Notes: generated by a model not told the origin, from the sequence alone. Shown: positions 30,044 to 41,465, numbered from the stretch's first letter. The stretch is 64,000 nucleotides of DNA from Escherichia coli (GCF_965641715.1 NZ_OZ282455.1), one strand, 5' to 3'. A program made the numbers and translations.

Positions 30044-31315
30044 TCAGAATGAAGCAATGGGGATCTCAGTCCATTGTGTTGTATACGAAGGCGAGAGCAT
30101 TTCCCGTTTCATTTGCCATTCAGGGGCGGTTCCTCGCCCCGCAAACCACACTTTCCCTTTTCCAGACTGGTTCAGTTCATCGAGTGTTTTCATTAACTTT
30201 TCGCTGTTTTTACGGGGCTGGATCTCATCAAATAATCCCGGCTGCGCTATACCCGATGGTGTGAAATCAGCCAGCATGACTCCTGCCTTCATATAGCGGT
30301 ACCCTTCACGCCAGACATGGTTTAACGCTCTGCATGCTGCGGCAATAATGTCCCGGCTGTCCTGTGTGGGTAATGGAAGCTTTTCCACAGCGGCATTGCT
30401 GTAACAGGGTTCTTTTACTGCAAAGGGGGATGTCCGTACAAATGTCGTCACCTGCCGGCAATACTGACGCTCCCCACGTAGTTTCTCTGCGGCCCGCTCT
30501 GCATACTGAACAACAGCCTGGTGCATGGCATCTTTGTCTGTGATTCGTTCACCAAAACTGCGACTACAGACAATCTGCTGTTTTGCCGGTGGTGCTTCTT
30601 CCAGGGATATGCAGGACTCGCCGTTGAGTTCGCGTACCGTACGCTCAAGAATGACGCTGAAGTTTTTCCGGATGAATGCCGTGTTAGCCTGCGCCAGCTG
30701 CAGTGCTGTGTTAATACCCAGCGCATTCAGCTTTTCCGTCAGTCTGCGTCCTACTCCCCAGACCTCACCAACTGGCTGCAGCCCCAGTAGCTTCAAGATC
30801 CGATTACGGTTTTCTGCCGTCAGCGCGACCACACCGGAAAACTGTGGCCATTGCTTTGTTGCCCACTGTGCACTTTTAGCCAGCGTTTTTGTAGGCGCAA
30901 TGCCCACCCCCATGGTGAGTCCTGTCCAGCTTTTTACCTGTTCCCTGAGCTGATGACCAAAAAACTCCGGAGAGATGCAATGATTTATCCCCCGCAAATC
31001 AATGAACATTTCATCAATTGAGTAGGGCTCAACTGCGGGAGAAAGCGACTCCAGAACAGCCATAACCCGTTGGCTCATGCTGTGGTACAGCGCATAATTG
31101 CTGGAAAATACATGTATTTTCTTCTCCAGGCGCATTTGTCTCACCTGAAACCAGGGCTGCCCCATTCTGATGCCAAGGGCTTTTGCCTCCGGGCTGCGCG
31201 CGATCACACAGCCATCGTTATTGCTGAGTACGATGACCGGTTCGTTGCGAAGGTCCGGGCGGAAAACTTTTTCACATGAGGCGTAGAAACTGTTGATATC
31301 AGCCAGTGCAAACAT
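30044..31315 (-). CDS. umuC: error-prone DNA polymerase V catalytic subunit (UmuC/ImpB/MucB family, Y-family polymerase)
   Basis: 423 aa, MFALADINSFYASCEKVFRPDL... conserved Y-family N-terminus. Confidence 0.9.
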   Translation of the reverse strand: MFALADINSFYASCEKVFRPDLRNEPVIVLSNNDGCVIARSPEAKALGIRMGQPWFQVRQMRLEKKIHVFSSNYALYHSMSQRVMAVLESLSPAVEPYSIDEMFIDLRGINHCISPEFFGHQLREQVKSWTGLTMGVGIAPTKTLAKSAQWATKQWPQFSGVVALTAENRNRILKLLGLQPVGEVWGVGRRLTEKLNALGINTALQLAQANTAFIRKNFSVILERTVRELNGESCISLEEAPPAKQQIVCSRSFGERITDKDAMHQAVVQYAERAAEKLRGERQYCRQVTTFVRTSPFAVKEPCYSNAAVEKLPLPTQDSRDIIAAACRALNHVWREGYRYMKAGVMLADFTPSGIAQPGLFDEIQPRKNSEKLMKTLDELNQSGKGKVWFAGRGTAPEWQMKREMLSPSYTTQWTEIPIASF

Positions 31316-31752
31316 CAGCGTAACTCCCGCGTCCTGTGTATCACGTGAGTGACAACACCAAAAATACAGATGTTTTCCGGATACAGTGTGCGGAACTCCG
31401 GGCTGTCTGAAACCGGCTCCAGTGCCGGGCGTGGGCGCAACAGCAGTCGTTTGACGGTGAACTCACCGTCGATCTCAGCGATAACGATGTCCCCGTGTTG
31501 TGGTTTTTCGGCCCTGTCCACTACCAGCAGATCACCATTCTGCACGCCAGCCTGGTTCATCGATTCACCGCTGGCGCGCAGAAAGAAGGTGGCTGCAGGT
31601 CTGCTGATGCAATAGCTGTTCAGATCCAGTTCCTGCTCAGCATAATCAGTGGCAGGCGAAGGAAAACCGGCCTGGCAACGATCGGCAAACAACGGTCGCA
31701 CGTAACTGTCATCGCCTGAAGGGTCAGCCGGACGGTGATAAACGGTACTCAT
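31315..31752 (-). CDS. umuD: UmuD/ImpA/MucA family protein (LexA-like self-cleaving)
   Basis: 145 aa with S24 peptidase signature ...RASGESMNQAGVQNGDLLVVD...; coupled to umuC. Confidence 0.9.
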   Translation of the reverse strand: MSTVYHRPADPSGDDSYVRPLFADRCQAGFPSPATDYAEQELDLNSYCISRPAATFFLRASGESMNQAGVQNGDLLVVDRAEKPQHGDIVIAEIDGEFTVKRLLLRPRPALEPVSDSPEFRTLYPENICIFGVVTHVIHRTRELR

Positions 31753-31997
31753 GCTGCAGGCAGCCAGCTGTCGTCCTGCCAGATTTCTTCCAGCAGAGAC
31801 AGGATACGTTCTTTATCCTTGTCGTTGCGGGCTCCTGTGACAGATACAGACGGGGCGCTGCCCTGGTCTATACGCAGCCAGATTTCCGGGTAGTGTGGTT
31901 TCAGACGTTGTTCGATTTCATTCTGTAGCGCCTGAAGTGTGCCTGATTTGAGGTTTTTTGTGCTCTGGCGGTCGAAAAGAATTTCAATGCGGATCAT
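31749..31997 (-). CDS. dinI: DinI-like protein (ImpC-like)
   Basis: 82 aa from MIRIEILFDRQSTKNL...; first gene of dinI-umuD-umuC-like operon as in IncI1 impCAB. Confidence 0.75.
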   Translation of the reverse strand: MIRIEILFDRQSTKNLKSGTLQALQNEIEQRLKPHYPEIWLRIDQGSAPSVSVTGARNDKDKERILSLLEEIWQDDSWLPAA

Positions 31998-32020
31998 GTT
32001 CTCATCTCCCTTTTCTATTG

Positions 32021-32036
32021 CTGTATGCATATACAG
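32021..32036. promoter_or_regulatory. LexA (SOS) box upstream of dinI/umuDC-like operon
   Basis: CTGTATGCATATACAG = CTGT-N8-ACAG palindrome, 24 bp upstream of ATG at 31997. Confidence 0.8.
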
Positions 32037-32390
32037 TATTCTAATAACTGAATCCACACACAGTCAAATGTCATTATTGTGACTAAAAAACGCTCAATTC
32101 TCTGAGCGTGTGGCTGTATGCCTGCTGTGGACTGCTGTGTCCAGCTTATCCACAGCATTTTGCGCACGGTTCTGTGGACAAAATACCTGGTTACCCAGGC
32201 CGTGCCGGCACGTTAACCGGGCTGCATCCGATGCAAGTGTGTCGCTGTCGCCGGCCTCCTCACCCGGTCACGTTTCGTCGTTCCTCCTCCACGCGCTGCG
32301 GCTTCGGGGCCGCACCTGCATTCGTATGCGGTCGCCCGGTTACAGGTGCGGCACGGCCTGATGGAGGCCGCATGTGAGAGGAGAATTCCC

Positions 32391-33317
32391 ATGCCAAACT
32401 GGTGCTCGAATCGTATGTATTTTTCTGGTGAACCGGCACAGATCGCTGAGATTAAACGACTGGCCAGCGGCGCAGTCACACCGTTTTATCGCCGCGCCAC
32501 AAATGAAGGTATTCAGCTGTTTCTGGCCGGAAGTGCCGGACTTCTGCAGACCACTGAAGATGTGCAGTTTGAACCGTGCCCCGGACTGACGGCTGCCGGA
32601 CGTGGTGTTGTATCGCCGGAGAATATCGCGTTCACACGCTGGCTGACACACCTGCAGAACGGTGTGCTACTGGATGAACAAAACTGCCTGATGCTGCATG
32701 AACTCTGGCTGCAGAGCGGTACTGGACAGCGTCGCTGGGAAGGATTACCGGACGATGTCAGGGATACCATCACCGCACTTTTCACCGCAAAAAGAGGTGA
32801 CTGGTGTGGCTTCTGGAGTAACGAGGATGTATCGGTGTGGTGGAACCGTCTTTGTGACAACGTACTGCCGGAAAAAACCATGCCGTTTGACCTGCTGACG
32901 GTTCTGCCCACCCGCCTGGATGTTGAAGTGAATGGCTTTAACGGTGGTGTTCTGAACGGTGTTCCTTCTGCATATCACTGGTATACGGAACAGTATGGCG
33001 TGAAGTGGCCTGTGGGGTATGAGGTGAATATCAGCAGTCAGGGAGACAACTTCATTCAGGTTGATTTCGACACGCCGTGGTGTCAGCCGGAAAGCGACGT
33101 TATTGCAGAATTAAGCCGCCGTTTCAGCTGCACGCTGGAGCACTGGTATGCCGAACAGGGCTGTGATTTCTGTGGCTGGCAGTTGTATGAGCGCGGAGAG
33201 CTCGTTGATGTGCTGTGGGGGGAACTGGAATGGTCTTCCCCGACAGATGACGATGAGCTGCCGGAAGTCACCGGACCTGCGTGGATAGTCGACAATGTGG
33301 CGCATTATGGCGGATGA
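32391..33317 (+). CDS. conserved plasmid hypothetical protein
   Basis: 308 aa from MPNWCSNRMYFSGE... with RBS GAGGAG upstream; Cys/Trp-rich. Confidence 0.45.
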   Translation: MPNWCSNRMYFSGEPAQIAEIKRLASGAVTPFYRRATNEGIQLFLAGSAGLLQTTEDVQFEPCPGLTAAGRGVVSPENIAFTRWLTHLQNGVLLDEQNCLMLHELWLQSGTGQRRWEGLPDDVRDTITALFTAKRGDWCGFWSNEDVSVWWNRLCDNVLPEKTMPFDLLTVLPTRLDVEVNGFNGGVLNGVPSAYHWYTEQYGVKWPVGYEVNISSQGDNFIQVDFDTPWCQPESDVIAELSRRFSCTLEHWYAEQGCDFCGWQLYERGELVDVLWGELEWSSPTDDDELPEVTGPAWIVDNVAHYGG

Positions 33318-33700
33318 AGTATGACGGAGACGGGCGGGAAACCGCCCGTTTCTTTTCCGACAAAGGATGTCGCCGTGCTCCTCTTTTTACTGCGCCGGCT
33401 GACGCGGCGCGGCATAAACGCTGCCTGTGGTCAGTGTCCCGCGTCCGGCGGGCACGGGACGGGCGCTTTTACCGCTCCCGGCTGGCGTCGGTGACAGTGT
33501 ACGCCAGCCCGTCGCCCTTTTCTGATGAACGCCCTTCAAGCCGCTTTCGCGGCATAACCTCGCCGTCAAAAAGACGACGGCTGCGGTATTCCACGGTCGG
33601 CCTGACCCGTTACCGGACGCGGTGAACAGCCCACAGGCAGCGGGGAACGGGCGCCACAGGGGTGCCCTCCCGGTGCCCTCTGTAAGAGAAGGAGTTTTGT

Positions 33701-34384
33701 ATGTCCCGTTTTATCCAGGGTAACTGCGTGCGTGTTATGGCCACGTTTCCGGGCAATGCTGTCGATTTCATCCTTACCGACCCGCCATATCTCGTCGGTT
33801 TTCGTGACCGACAGGGGCGTACCATCGCCGGCGATAAAACCGATGAATGGCTGCAACCGGCCTGTAATGAAATGTACCGCGTACTCAAAAAAGACGCGTT
33901 AATGGTGAGCTTCTATGGCTGGAACCGCGTCGATCGCTTTATGGCCGCCTGGAAAAATGCGGGATTCAGCGTGGTTGGCCACCTGGTCTTCACCAAAAAC
34001 TACACATCGAAGGCCGCATATGTGGGCTATCGCCACGAATGCGCCTACATCCTGGCAAAAGGCCGTCCACGTCTGCCACAAAACCCGCTGCCGGACGTGC
34101 TGGGCTGGAAATATTCAGGCAATCGCCATCACCCGACGGAAAAGCCCGTTACCAGCCTGCAACCGCTGATTGAGAGCTTCACACACCCGAACGCAATTGT
34201 GCTGGACCCGTTTGCAGGCAGCGGCTCAACCTGCGTCGCCGCCCTCCAGTCCGGACGCCGGTATATCGGTATCGAGCTGCTTGAGCAGTATCACCGTGTC
34301 GGGCAGCAACGCCTTGCCGCCGTGCAACGGGCCATGCAGCAGGGGGCCGCGAATGATGACTGGTTTATGCCGGAGGCTGCGTAA
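33701..34384 (+). CDS. orphan DNA methyltransferase (DPPY-motif, N6-adenine/N4-cytosine type)
   Basis: ...VDFILTDPPYLVG... and ...LDPFAGSGST... (AdoMet-binding); no adjacent restriction endonuclease gene. Confidence 0.8.
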   Translation: MSRFIQGNCVRVMATFPGNAVDFILTDPPYLVGFRDRQGRTIAGDKTDEWLQPACNEMYRVLKKDALMVSFYGWNRVDRFMAAWKNAGFSVVGHLVFTKNYTSKAAYVGYRHECAYILAKGRPRLPQNPLPDVLGWKYSGNRHHPTEKPVTSLQPLIESFTHPNAIVLDPFAGSGSTCVAALQSGRRYIGIELLEQYHRVGQQRLAAVQRAMQQGAANDDWFMPEAA

Positions 34385-34606
34385 ATGAACTATGCCGGAC
34401 ACGAAAAACTTCGCGCCGAAGTGGCGGAGGTGGCCAATGCCATGTGTGACCTGCGTACAACCATGAATGAGATGGAGCGGCGGTACAGCTTTAATGCTGA
34501 CACCCTGCCGGAACGTCTGGTGCGTCAGACGTTGTTTCGCGCAAACCGCCTCCTGATGGAGGCATATACCGAAATTCTTGAACTGGATGCGTGCTTCAAA
34601 GATTAA
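34385..34606 (+). CDS. hypothetical small protein
   Basis: 73-aa ORF immediately after MTase stop. Confidence 0.35.
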   Translation: MNYAGHEKLRAEVAEVANAMCDLRTTMNEMERRYSFNADTLPERLVRQTLFRANRLLMEAYTEILELDACFKD

Positions 34607-34618
34607 GGAGGAGACGAA

Positions 34619-35053
34619 ATGTACGGAACATGCGAAACGCTCTGCCGTGAGCTGGCAGCAAAGTATCCGGGAAACACGCCGCTGATGCTGCTTATCTGGT
34701 CCCCGGAAGAGATTCAGGCACTGGCCGACGGTATGGAAATTTCTCTGACCGATCATGAAATCAGGACTGTCCTGGCGCACCTGGAGGACATCCCGGAAGA
34801 CCAGCGGACTGAGTCCGGTATTTCTTCCGCCGCGGCGATGGAGATTATCAGCAACGTGAGCGAAAACCGCCTGGTGACCGTCCCTGCTGAACTGCTGGCG
34901 TCCCTGATTCAGACCGCTGAACAGGCACTGTGGAAACGTGAATGGGCCGCCCGTGATAACGGCCTTGCCGTCCCGGAATGTGTTACCCGCCGTCAGGCAG
35001 TGATTAATCAGGCCCGCACCCTGCTGAAAAACAACACACACGAAAACAACTGA
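34619..35053 (+). CDS. DUF1380-like leading-region protein
   Basis: 144 aa; paralogous to ORF 36762-37184 (shared ...[13 protein letters not shown].../...RQVTVPAVMLEKV...). Confidence 0.45.
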   Translation: MYGTCETLCRELAAKYPGNTPLMLLIWSPEEIQALADGMEISLTDHEIRTVLAHLEDIPEDQRTESGISSAAAMEIISNVSENRLVTVPAELLASLIQTAEQALWKREWAARDNGLAVPECVTRRQAVINQARTLLKNNTHENN

Positions 35054-35103
35054 TGTTATCGCCGCCTGCCCTGCGGGCGGCGATACAGGGAGAACGCTTA
35101 ATC

Positions 35104-35874
35104 ATGAACAAAACGCTGAATGCACTGGTTTGTCGTCACGCCCGTAACCTGCTGCTGGCGCAGGGCTGGCCGGAAGAGACGGATGTTGACCAGCGAAATC
35201 CGAACTATCCGGGCTGGATCAGCATTTACGTGCGGCTGGATGCGCCCCGGCTGGCGACGTTACTTATCAACCGTCACGGCGGCGTACTGCCGCCGCTCCT
35301 GGCCTCCGCCATTCAGAGACTGACCGGAACCGGGGCGGAACTGGTACTGTCCGGCAGTCAGTGGCAATCGCTGCCGGTACTTCCGGCAGACGGAACGCAG
35401 GTGTCTTTCCCGTATGCCGGAGAATGGCTGACCGAAGACGAAATCAGGGCTGTTCTTGATGCGGTGCACGATGCGGTACGAAGCATCTGTTACCAGGTGG
35501 CAGACGATGCGCGGCGTATCCGTGCGGCGCTGACCACCACCGGTCAGACGTTGCTGACCCGCCAGACGCGCCGCTTTCGCCTGGTCGTGAAGGAAAGCGA
35601 TCACCCCTGCTGGCTCGATGAAGATGACGAAAACCTGCCCGTGGTGCTCGATGCCATCGTGAACCGGGGAGCACGTTTTTCGTCGGTGGAAATGTACCTG
35701 GTCAGCGATTGTATTGAGCATATCCTGTCCAGTGGGCTGGCCTGCGATGTGCTGCGTATACCTGATGAATCGCCCCGCCGCTGGTTTGACCGTGGTGTTC
35801 TGCGGGAGGTGGTCCGGGAAGCCCGGACCGAAATCCGCAGCATGGCGGATGCCCTGGCAAAAATCCGGAAATGA
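35104..35874 (+). CDS. hypothetical protein
   Basis: ORF from MNKTLNALV...; 256 aa. Confidence 0.4.
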   Translation: MNKTLNALVCRHARNLLLAQGWPEETDVDQRNPNYPGWISIYVRLDAPRLATLLINRHGGVLPPLLASAIQRLTGTGAELVLSGSQWQSLPVLPADGTQVSFPYAGEWLTEDEIRAVLDAVHDAVRSICYQVADDARRIRAALTTTGQTLLTRQTRRFRLVVKESDHPCWLDEDDENLPVVLDAIVNRGARFSSVEMYLVSDCIEHILSSGLACDVLRIPDESPRRWFDRGVLREVVREARTEIRSMADALAKIRK

Positions 35875-35930
35875 TGACACTGGCGGGGAAAATCCCCGCC
35901 TTTTTCCTGCCGGTCCCCGGACAGAGCACA

Positions 35931-36280
35931 AAGGAAGTCGCCGCCGGCTCCGCTTTACCCGGCCATGCAGAGCATGGCCTTGTGGTTTTCAGTTATGTGG
36001 CCTCAGCGTCGTGTGCGGGCTGTGCCGTGCCTCCATCTTAGCCGGGCTGGCGTTGATGCAAGGGTACGCTTCGCCGCTGCGGTCACCCGGTCCCTCCTTC
36101 CCGTCTGCCGTGATTTTCCGGTCGTTCACCCGCTCAGATTTCGCGGTCTCACCCTCCAACTCCCGCCAGCCGTGTGCGTCAGGCTGCGGCTTCCCTTGCG
36201 CCCCTGCATCCCCGCCTTATCGCCCGGCTTTTCTGGAGGCACGGCACCGCCCGGTGTCGCGGAATATGTGAACAACGGAG
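35931..36280. repeat. leading-region dispersed repeat, family A copy 1 (ssDNA-promoter/Frpo-like candidate)
   Basis: ~350 bp nearly identical to 42876-43225; GC-rich with internal hairpins; immediately upstream of klcA. Confidence 0.6.
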
Positions 36281-36289
36281 GAAAACATC

Positions 36290-36715
36290 ATGCAATATGC
36301 GAAACCTGTCACTCTGAACGTTGAAGAGTGCGACCGTTTGTCTTTTCTGCCTTACCTGTTTGGCCAGGATTTTCTGTATGCCGAAGCGTCTGTATACGCG
36401 CTGGCGAAACAAATGATGCCGGAATATGAAGGCGGATTCTGGCACTTCATCCGCCTGCCGGACGGTGGCGGTTACATGATGCCGGACGGTGACCGTTTCC
36501 ACATGGTGAACGGTGCAAACTGGTTTGACCGTACCGTGAGTGCTGATGCCGCAGGCATCATCCTTACCTCCCTTGTGATTAACCGCCAGTTGTGGCTGTA
36601 CCACGACAGCGGGGATGCAGGACTGACCCAGCTTTACCGGATGCGCGATGCGCAGTTGTGGCGTCACATCGAATTTCACCCTGAATGCAACGCGATTTAC
36701 GCAGCACTGGACTGA
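36290..36715 (+). CDS. klcA: antirestriction protein KlcA/ArdB family
   Basis: 141 aa [25 protein letters not shown]... ; size and position typical of KlcA/ArdB. Confidence 0.6.
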   Translation: MQYAKPVTLNVEECDRLSFLPYLFGQDFLYAEASVYALAKQMMPEYEGGFWHFIRLPDGGGYMMPDGDRFHMVNGANWFDRTVSADAAGIILTSLVINRQLWLYHDSGDAGLTQLYRMRDAQLWRHIEFHPECNAIYAALD

Positions 36716-36761
36716 TTAACGGACGGGGCGGCAATGCCGCCCCTGTAAAGGAGACGAGAAC

Positions 36762-37184
36762 ATGTACTGTACTGTTAAAGAAATTATCCGTGATGTACTG
36801 GATACAGACGTGCCGGACAGTGAATGCGTTTTTGCCGTGGTGCTGACCCGTGGGGATGTGCGTCACATAGCCCAGGACTGGAGTCTGACAGACGATGAGC
36901 TGGAAACCGTCATGCAGCGGCTGGACGATGCCTTTGAATATGGTGCGGATGTCAGCGTTGTTCACGGCGTTGTTCGTGAACTGATGGAAGAAAAGCGCGC
37001 CAGCCGTCAGGTGACAGTCCCGGCGGTGATGCTGGAAAAAGTGATGGCGCTGGCAGGCAGTGAAATGAAGCGCCTGTATGCCGTCGGGAGTGAGAACGGG
37101 GGCGACGGTGACGCATTCGTCAGGGAGGAACGCGAAGCAATGGACGTTGTGTTACAGGCGCTGGACGGGGAGACGATGTCATGA
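36762..37184 (+). CDS. DUF1380-like leading-region protein (paralog of 34619-35053)
   Basis: 140 aa; shared motif with 34619-35053. Confidence 0.45.
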   Translation: MYCTVKEIIRDVLDTDVPDSECVFAVVLTRGDVRHIAQDWSLTDDELETVMQRLDDAFEYGADVSVVHGVVRELMEEKRASRQVTVPAVMLEKVMALAGSEMKRLYAVGSENGGDGDAFVREEREAMDVVLQALDGETMS

Positions 37185-37372
37185 ATATCAGCACAGAAAC
37201 CCGCGAAATTCTGCGCAATTACAAAGCCGTGATTAATGCGCGGCGTCGTGAAATGGGGCAGAAACCGCTCACCACTGCGCAGATTGTTGATGAAATCTGC
37301 GATTTTGTGGCGAATCAGCAGGCGGTTTTCCTCGGTGGTCACTATATCCTTCAGGGCAGCAGAAACAGGTGA
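37181..37372 (+). CDS. hypothetical small protein
   Basis: 63 aa; ATG overlaps upstream stop (ATGA). Confidence 0.35.
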   Translation: MNISTETREILRNYKAVINARRREMGQKPLTTAQIVDEICDFVANQQAVFLGGHYILQGSRNR

Positions 37373-37574
37373 TACAGGGCAGGCGGTAGAGGCCGCCTGT
37401 CAGCCCGCGCGAAAACCCCTGGCAGGCTGACGCCTGCCGGAAATGCGGGGTGCAGCGCCTGCGGCGCTGCCGGCCCGGCTTTCCGGTCAGAAGGTAGTGT
37501 ATGGCTGTATGCAGGGAACAGGTGTGATATTCCGTGACACTGTCACTGTTTCTGGCTGTCTTTTATTGCGCCCA

Positions 37575-38075
37575 CTTCGGCTCCCGGCTGCCTGGCGGCA
37601 TCCGGTCGTCAGGCCCGACTCCGACAGGCAGCTGCTGGCGCACCCGCCAGTCTCCGCCGAACCCGCTGGCGCGGTTTCGGGCTGCCGCTACGGTCCGATG
37701 CGTGAAAACCCGGCTTGCAGCGACCGTTCCGGTCGCGCCGCCCCTGTCGCGCCGTGACCTGCGCTCCCTGCACACCTGACGGTGTGTGAGGAAACTGCGC
37801 CTGATGGCGCAGCAGTCTTCCCTCCTGCCGCCACCCCTGCGGCCTGTTTCCCGCTGTGGACTTTCCGGGGGGCAGACGTAACCCCCTCCCGTTCCATCTG
37901 TCCAGGGTGAGATGCACCGGCCACAAAATTTTTAGCCATGAACCCGGCTAAAAATTTTGCGTCCGCCCCCGGACAGCTGTCCCGTGAGGCGGTAAACGGG
38001 CCCCCATCGGAAAGGTCCACTGCGGGGAGAAACCCCTGTGAAGTGGACGGCAGGAGGAGCTTTCGCTCCTCTGAA
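37575..38075. repeat. leading-region dispersed repeat, family B copy 1 (ssDNA-promoter/Frpo-like candidate)
   Basis: ~500 bp highly similar to 43919-44415 and partly to 46950-47295; immediately upstream of ssb. Confidence 0.6.
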
Positions 38076-38140
38076 GGGGCACATGAACGTCCCGTCGCCG
38101 GTATCCGGTTTATCTCACATCTTTCAGTCAGGAGGTTCTT

Positions 38141-38668
38141 ATGAGTGCACGTGGTATCAACAAGGTCATCCTCGTCGGGCGTCTGGGCAATGATCCGGAA
38201 GTCCGTTACATCCCCAACGGGGGCGCAGTGGCAAACCTGCAGGTGGCCACATCAGAAAGCTGGCGTGACAAACAGACGGGGGAGATGCGGGAGCAGACGG
38301 AATGGCACCGCGTGGTGCTGTTCGGCAAGCTCGCGGAAGTGGCAGGTGAATATCTGTGCAAGGGTGCGCAGGTCTACATCGAAGGTCAGCTTCGCACCCG
38401 TAGCTGGGAAGATAACGGTATCACCCGTTACGTCACTGAAATTCTTGTTAAGACCACGGGCACCATGCAGATGCTGGGGAGTGCACCACAGCAGAACGCT
38501 CAGGCGCAACCGAAGCCTCAGCAGAATGGGCAGCCACAGAGTGCTGACGCGACGAAAAAAGGTGGCGCGAAAACGAAAGGCCGTGGACGTAAGGCCGCGC
38601 AGCCCGAGCCTCAGCCGCAACCGCCGGAGGGGGAGGATTACGGGTTTTCAGACGATATCCCGTTCTGA
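38141..38668 (+). CDS. ssb: plasmid single-stranded DNA-binding protein
   Basis: [33 protein letters not shown]... OB-fold N-terminus; acidic tail ...DDIPF. Confidence 0.95.
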   Translation: MSARGINKVILVGRLGNDPEVRYIPNGGAVANLQVATSESWRDKQTGEMREQTEWHRVVLFGKLAEVAGEYLCKGAQVYIEGQLRTRSWEDNGITRYVTEILVKTTGTMQMLGSAPQQNAQAQPKPQQNGQPQSADATKKGGAKTKGRGRKAAQPEPQPQPPEGEDYGFSDDIPF

Positions 38669-38686
38669 CTGGCCTGACTGTGATAA

Positions 38687-38959
<273 letters not shown>

Positions 38960-39011
38960 GAGAGGTGCCGGACGCGCGAACGTCCGGCAGGACATAAGCA
39001 ATTATAAGGGG

Positions 39012-40976
39012 ATGATTATGCCTGTAACGAAGTGTGAACCAGAAACCACCCGCAAAGCAAGCCGTAAATCTGCAAAAACGCAGGAAACAGTCCTGTCTGC
39101 CCTGCTGGCGCAGACGGAGGAAGTGAGCGTGCCGCTGGCCTCACTGATTAAGTCACCGCTGAATGTGCGCACGGTGCCGTATTCTGCGGAGTCCGTCAGC
39201 GAACTGGCAGGGTCCATTCAGGGCGTCGGACTGCTGCAGAATCTGGTCGTGCATACCCTGCCTGGTGAGCGCTACGGTGTCGCCGCAGGTGGTCGCAGAC
39301 TGGCAGCACTCAATATGCTGGCTGAGCGTGGAATCATTCCGGCTGACTGGCCTGTCCGCGTGAAAATTATTCCGCAGGAACTGGCGACGGCTGCATCGAT
39401 GACCGAGAACGGTCATCGCCGGGATATGCACCCTGCCGAACAGATTGCCGGATTCCGCGCAATGGCGCAGGAAGGCAAAACAGCGGCACAAATCGGTGAT
39501 TTGCTGGGCTATTCACCCCGCCACGTTCAGCGAATGCTGAAACTGGCAGACCTTGCGCCTGTCATCCTTGATGCGCTGGCAGAAGACCGCATCACCACAG
39601 AGCACTGTCAGGCGCTGGCGCTGGAGAACGACACCGCGCGTCAGGTGCAGGTGTTTGAAGCTGCCTGTCAGTCGGGATGGGGCGGAAAACCGGAAGTACA
39701 GACCATTCGTCGTCTGGTGACCGAAAGTGAAGTGGCGGTGGCGGGGAACACTAAATTCCGCTTCGTGGGGGCTGATGCCTTCTCGCCAGATGAACTGCGC
39801 ACTGATTTGTTCAGCGACGATGAGGGTGGCTATGTGGACTGTGTTGCGCTCGATGCCGCCCTGCTGGAAAAACTCCAGGCTGTTGCAGAGTACCTTCGGG
39901 AAGCTGAGGGCTGGGGATGGTGTGCCGGACGCATGGAGGCCGTTGGTGAGTGCCGTGAAGATGCCCAGGCATACCGCAACCTGCCGCAGCCGGAAGCAGT
40001 GCTGACGGAGGCGGAAGAAGAACGCCTGAACGAACTGATGGCACGTTACGACGCACTGGAAAACCAGTGTGAGGAATCTGACCTGCTGGAAGCAGAAATG
40101 AAGCTGATGCGCTGCATGGCGAAGGTCAGAGCGTGGACGCCGGAGATGCGTGCCGGAAGCGGTGTGGTGGTGTCCTGGCGTTATGGCAACGTGTGTGTCC
40201 AGCGTGGTGTGCAGTTGCGCAGCGAGGATGACGTGGCTGACGACGCTGACCGCACGGAACAGATGCAGGAGAAAGCGTCAGTGGAGGAAATCAGTCTGCC
40301 ACTGCTGACGAAAATGTCTTCCGAACGCACGCTGGCAGTCCAGGCGGCACTCATGCAGCAACCGGACAAATCTCTGGCACTGCTGGCATGGACGCTCTGC
40401 CTGAATGTGTTTGGCAGCGGGGCGTACAGTAGTCCCGCCAGAATTTACCTGGAATGTGGGCATTACTCACTGACCAGCGCTGCGCCGTCAGGGAAGGAAG
40501 GTACCGCATTCATGGCGCTGATGGCAGAGCACTTTCGCCTTGCTGCCCTGCTGCCGGATGAATGGGAACGGGACATGACGACGTTCCTGTCACTCAGCCA
40601 GGAGGTGCTGTTATCCCTGCTCAGTTTCTGCACTGCATGCAGCATCCACGGCGTTCAGACCCGTGAGTGTGGTCACACGTCACGCAGTCCGCTGGACTCG
40701 CTGGAAACCGCCATCGGCTTTCACATGCGCGACTGGTGGCAGCCGACAAAAGCAAACTTCTTCGGACACCTGAAAAAGCCGCAGATTATCGCAGCCCTGA
40801 ATGAGGCAGGACTGTCCGGTGCCGCACGGGACGCGGAGAAGATGAAGAAAGGTGATGCGGCTGAACATGCAGAGCACCATATGAAAGACAACCGCTGGGT
40901 TCCAGGCTGGATGTGTGCACCACATCCACAGACAGATGCCACTGAACGCACCGATAACCTGGCTGATGCCGCCTGA
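39012..40976 (+). CDS. ParB-like nuclease domain protein (leading region)
   Basis: ~654 aa; N-terminal ParB/Srx-like region ...LIKSPLNVRTV...GLLQNLVVHTLPGERYGVAAGGRRLAALNM... Confidence 0.7.
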   Translation: MIMPVTKCEPETTRKASRKSAKTQETVLSALLAQTEEVSVPLASLIKSPLNVRTVPYSAESVSELAGSIQGVGLLQNLVVHTLPGERYGVAAGGRRLAALNMLAERGIIPADWPVRVKIIPQELATAASMTENGHRRDMHPAEQIAGFRAMAQEGKTAAQIGDLLGYSPRHVQRMLKLADLAPVILDALAEDRITTEHCQALALENDTARQVQVFEAACQSGWGGKPEVQTIRRLVTESEVAVAGNTKFRFVGADAFSPDELRTDLFSDDEGGYVDCVALDAALLEKLQAVAEYLREAEGWGWCAGRMEAVGECREDAQAYRNLPQPEAVLTEAEEERLNELMARYDALENQCEESDLLEAEMKLMRCMAKVRAWTPEMRAGSGVVVSWRYGNVCVQRGVQLRSEDDVADDADRTEQMQEKASVEEISLPLLTKMSSERTLAVQAALMQQPDKSLALLAWTLCLNVFGSGAYSSPARIYLECGHYSLTSAAPSGKEGTAFMALMAEHFRLAALLPDEWERDMTTFLSLSQEVLLSLLSFCTACSIHGVQTRECGHTSRSPLDSLETAIGFHMRDWWQPTKANFFGHLKKPQIIAALNEAGLSGAARDAEKMKKGDAAEHAEHHMKDNRWVPGWMCAPHPQTDATERTDNLADAA

Positions 40977-41027
40977 TGAACAACCACACCGCCCCGCCGG
41001 AGACGGGGCGGCAGCAAGGGAGATACC

Positions 41028-41465
41028 GTGATGAAAACTGAACTGACCCTGAATGCCCTGCAGTCCATGAACGCACAGGAATATGAAGATATCCGTGCTG
41101 CGGGAAGCGATATGCGCCGTAATCTCACTCACGAGGTGATGCGTGAAGTGGACGCACCGGCTAACTGGATGATGAATGGCGAGTATGGCAGTGAGTTCGG
41201 GGGCTTTTTCCCCGTCCAGGTTCGTTTCACGCCAGCCCACGAACGTTTCCACCTGGCATTATGTTCGCCGGGAGACGTCTCTCAGCTCTGGATGCTGGTT
41301 CTGGTGAATTGTGGTGGACAGCCTTTCGCCGTCGTTCAGGTGCAACATATCTTCACGCCTGTCGCTATCAGTCACACGCTGGCGCTTGCCGCGACACTTG
41401 ATGCGCAGGGGTACAGTGTTAACGACATCATCCATATCCTGATGGCAGAAGGAGGTCAGGCATGA
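41028..41465 (+). CDS. psiB: plasmid SOS inhibition protein PsiB
   Basis: (M)[27 protein letters not shown]... matches PsiB. Confidence 0.9.
   Translation: MMKTELTLNALQSMNAQEYEDIRAAGSDMRRNLTHEVMREVDAPANWMMNGEYGSEFGGFFPVQVRFTPAHERFHLALCSPGDVSQLWMLVLVNCGGQPFAVVQVQHIFTPVAISHTLALAATLDAQGYSVNDIIHILMAEGGQA

Noticed and set aside
35714-38020. ORFs lying inside the leading-region repeats (e.g. 35714-36271, 35965-36324, 37443-37757, 37609-37926, 37688-38020)
   Set aside because: They fall in GC-rich repeated non-coding elements, have Pro/Arg/Ala-biased translations, and recur in each repeat copy in both strands.
40680-41252. Minus-strand ORFs antisense to the ParB-like gene and psiB
   Set aside because: Antisense to confidently assigned leading-region genes, with no RBS or coupling signals.
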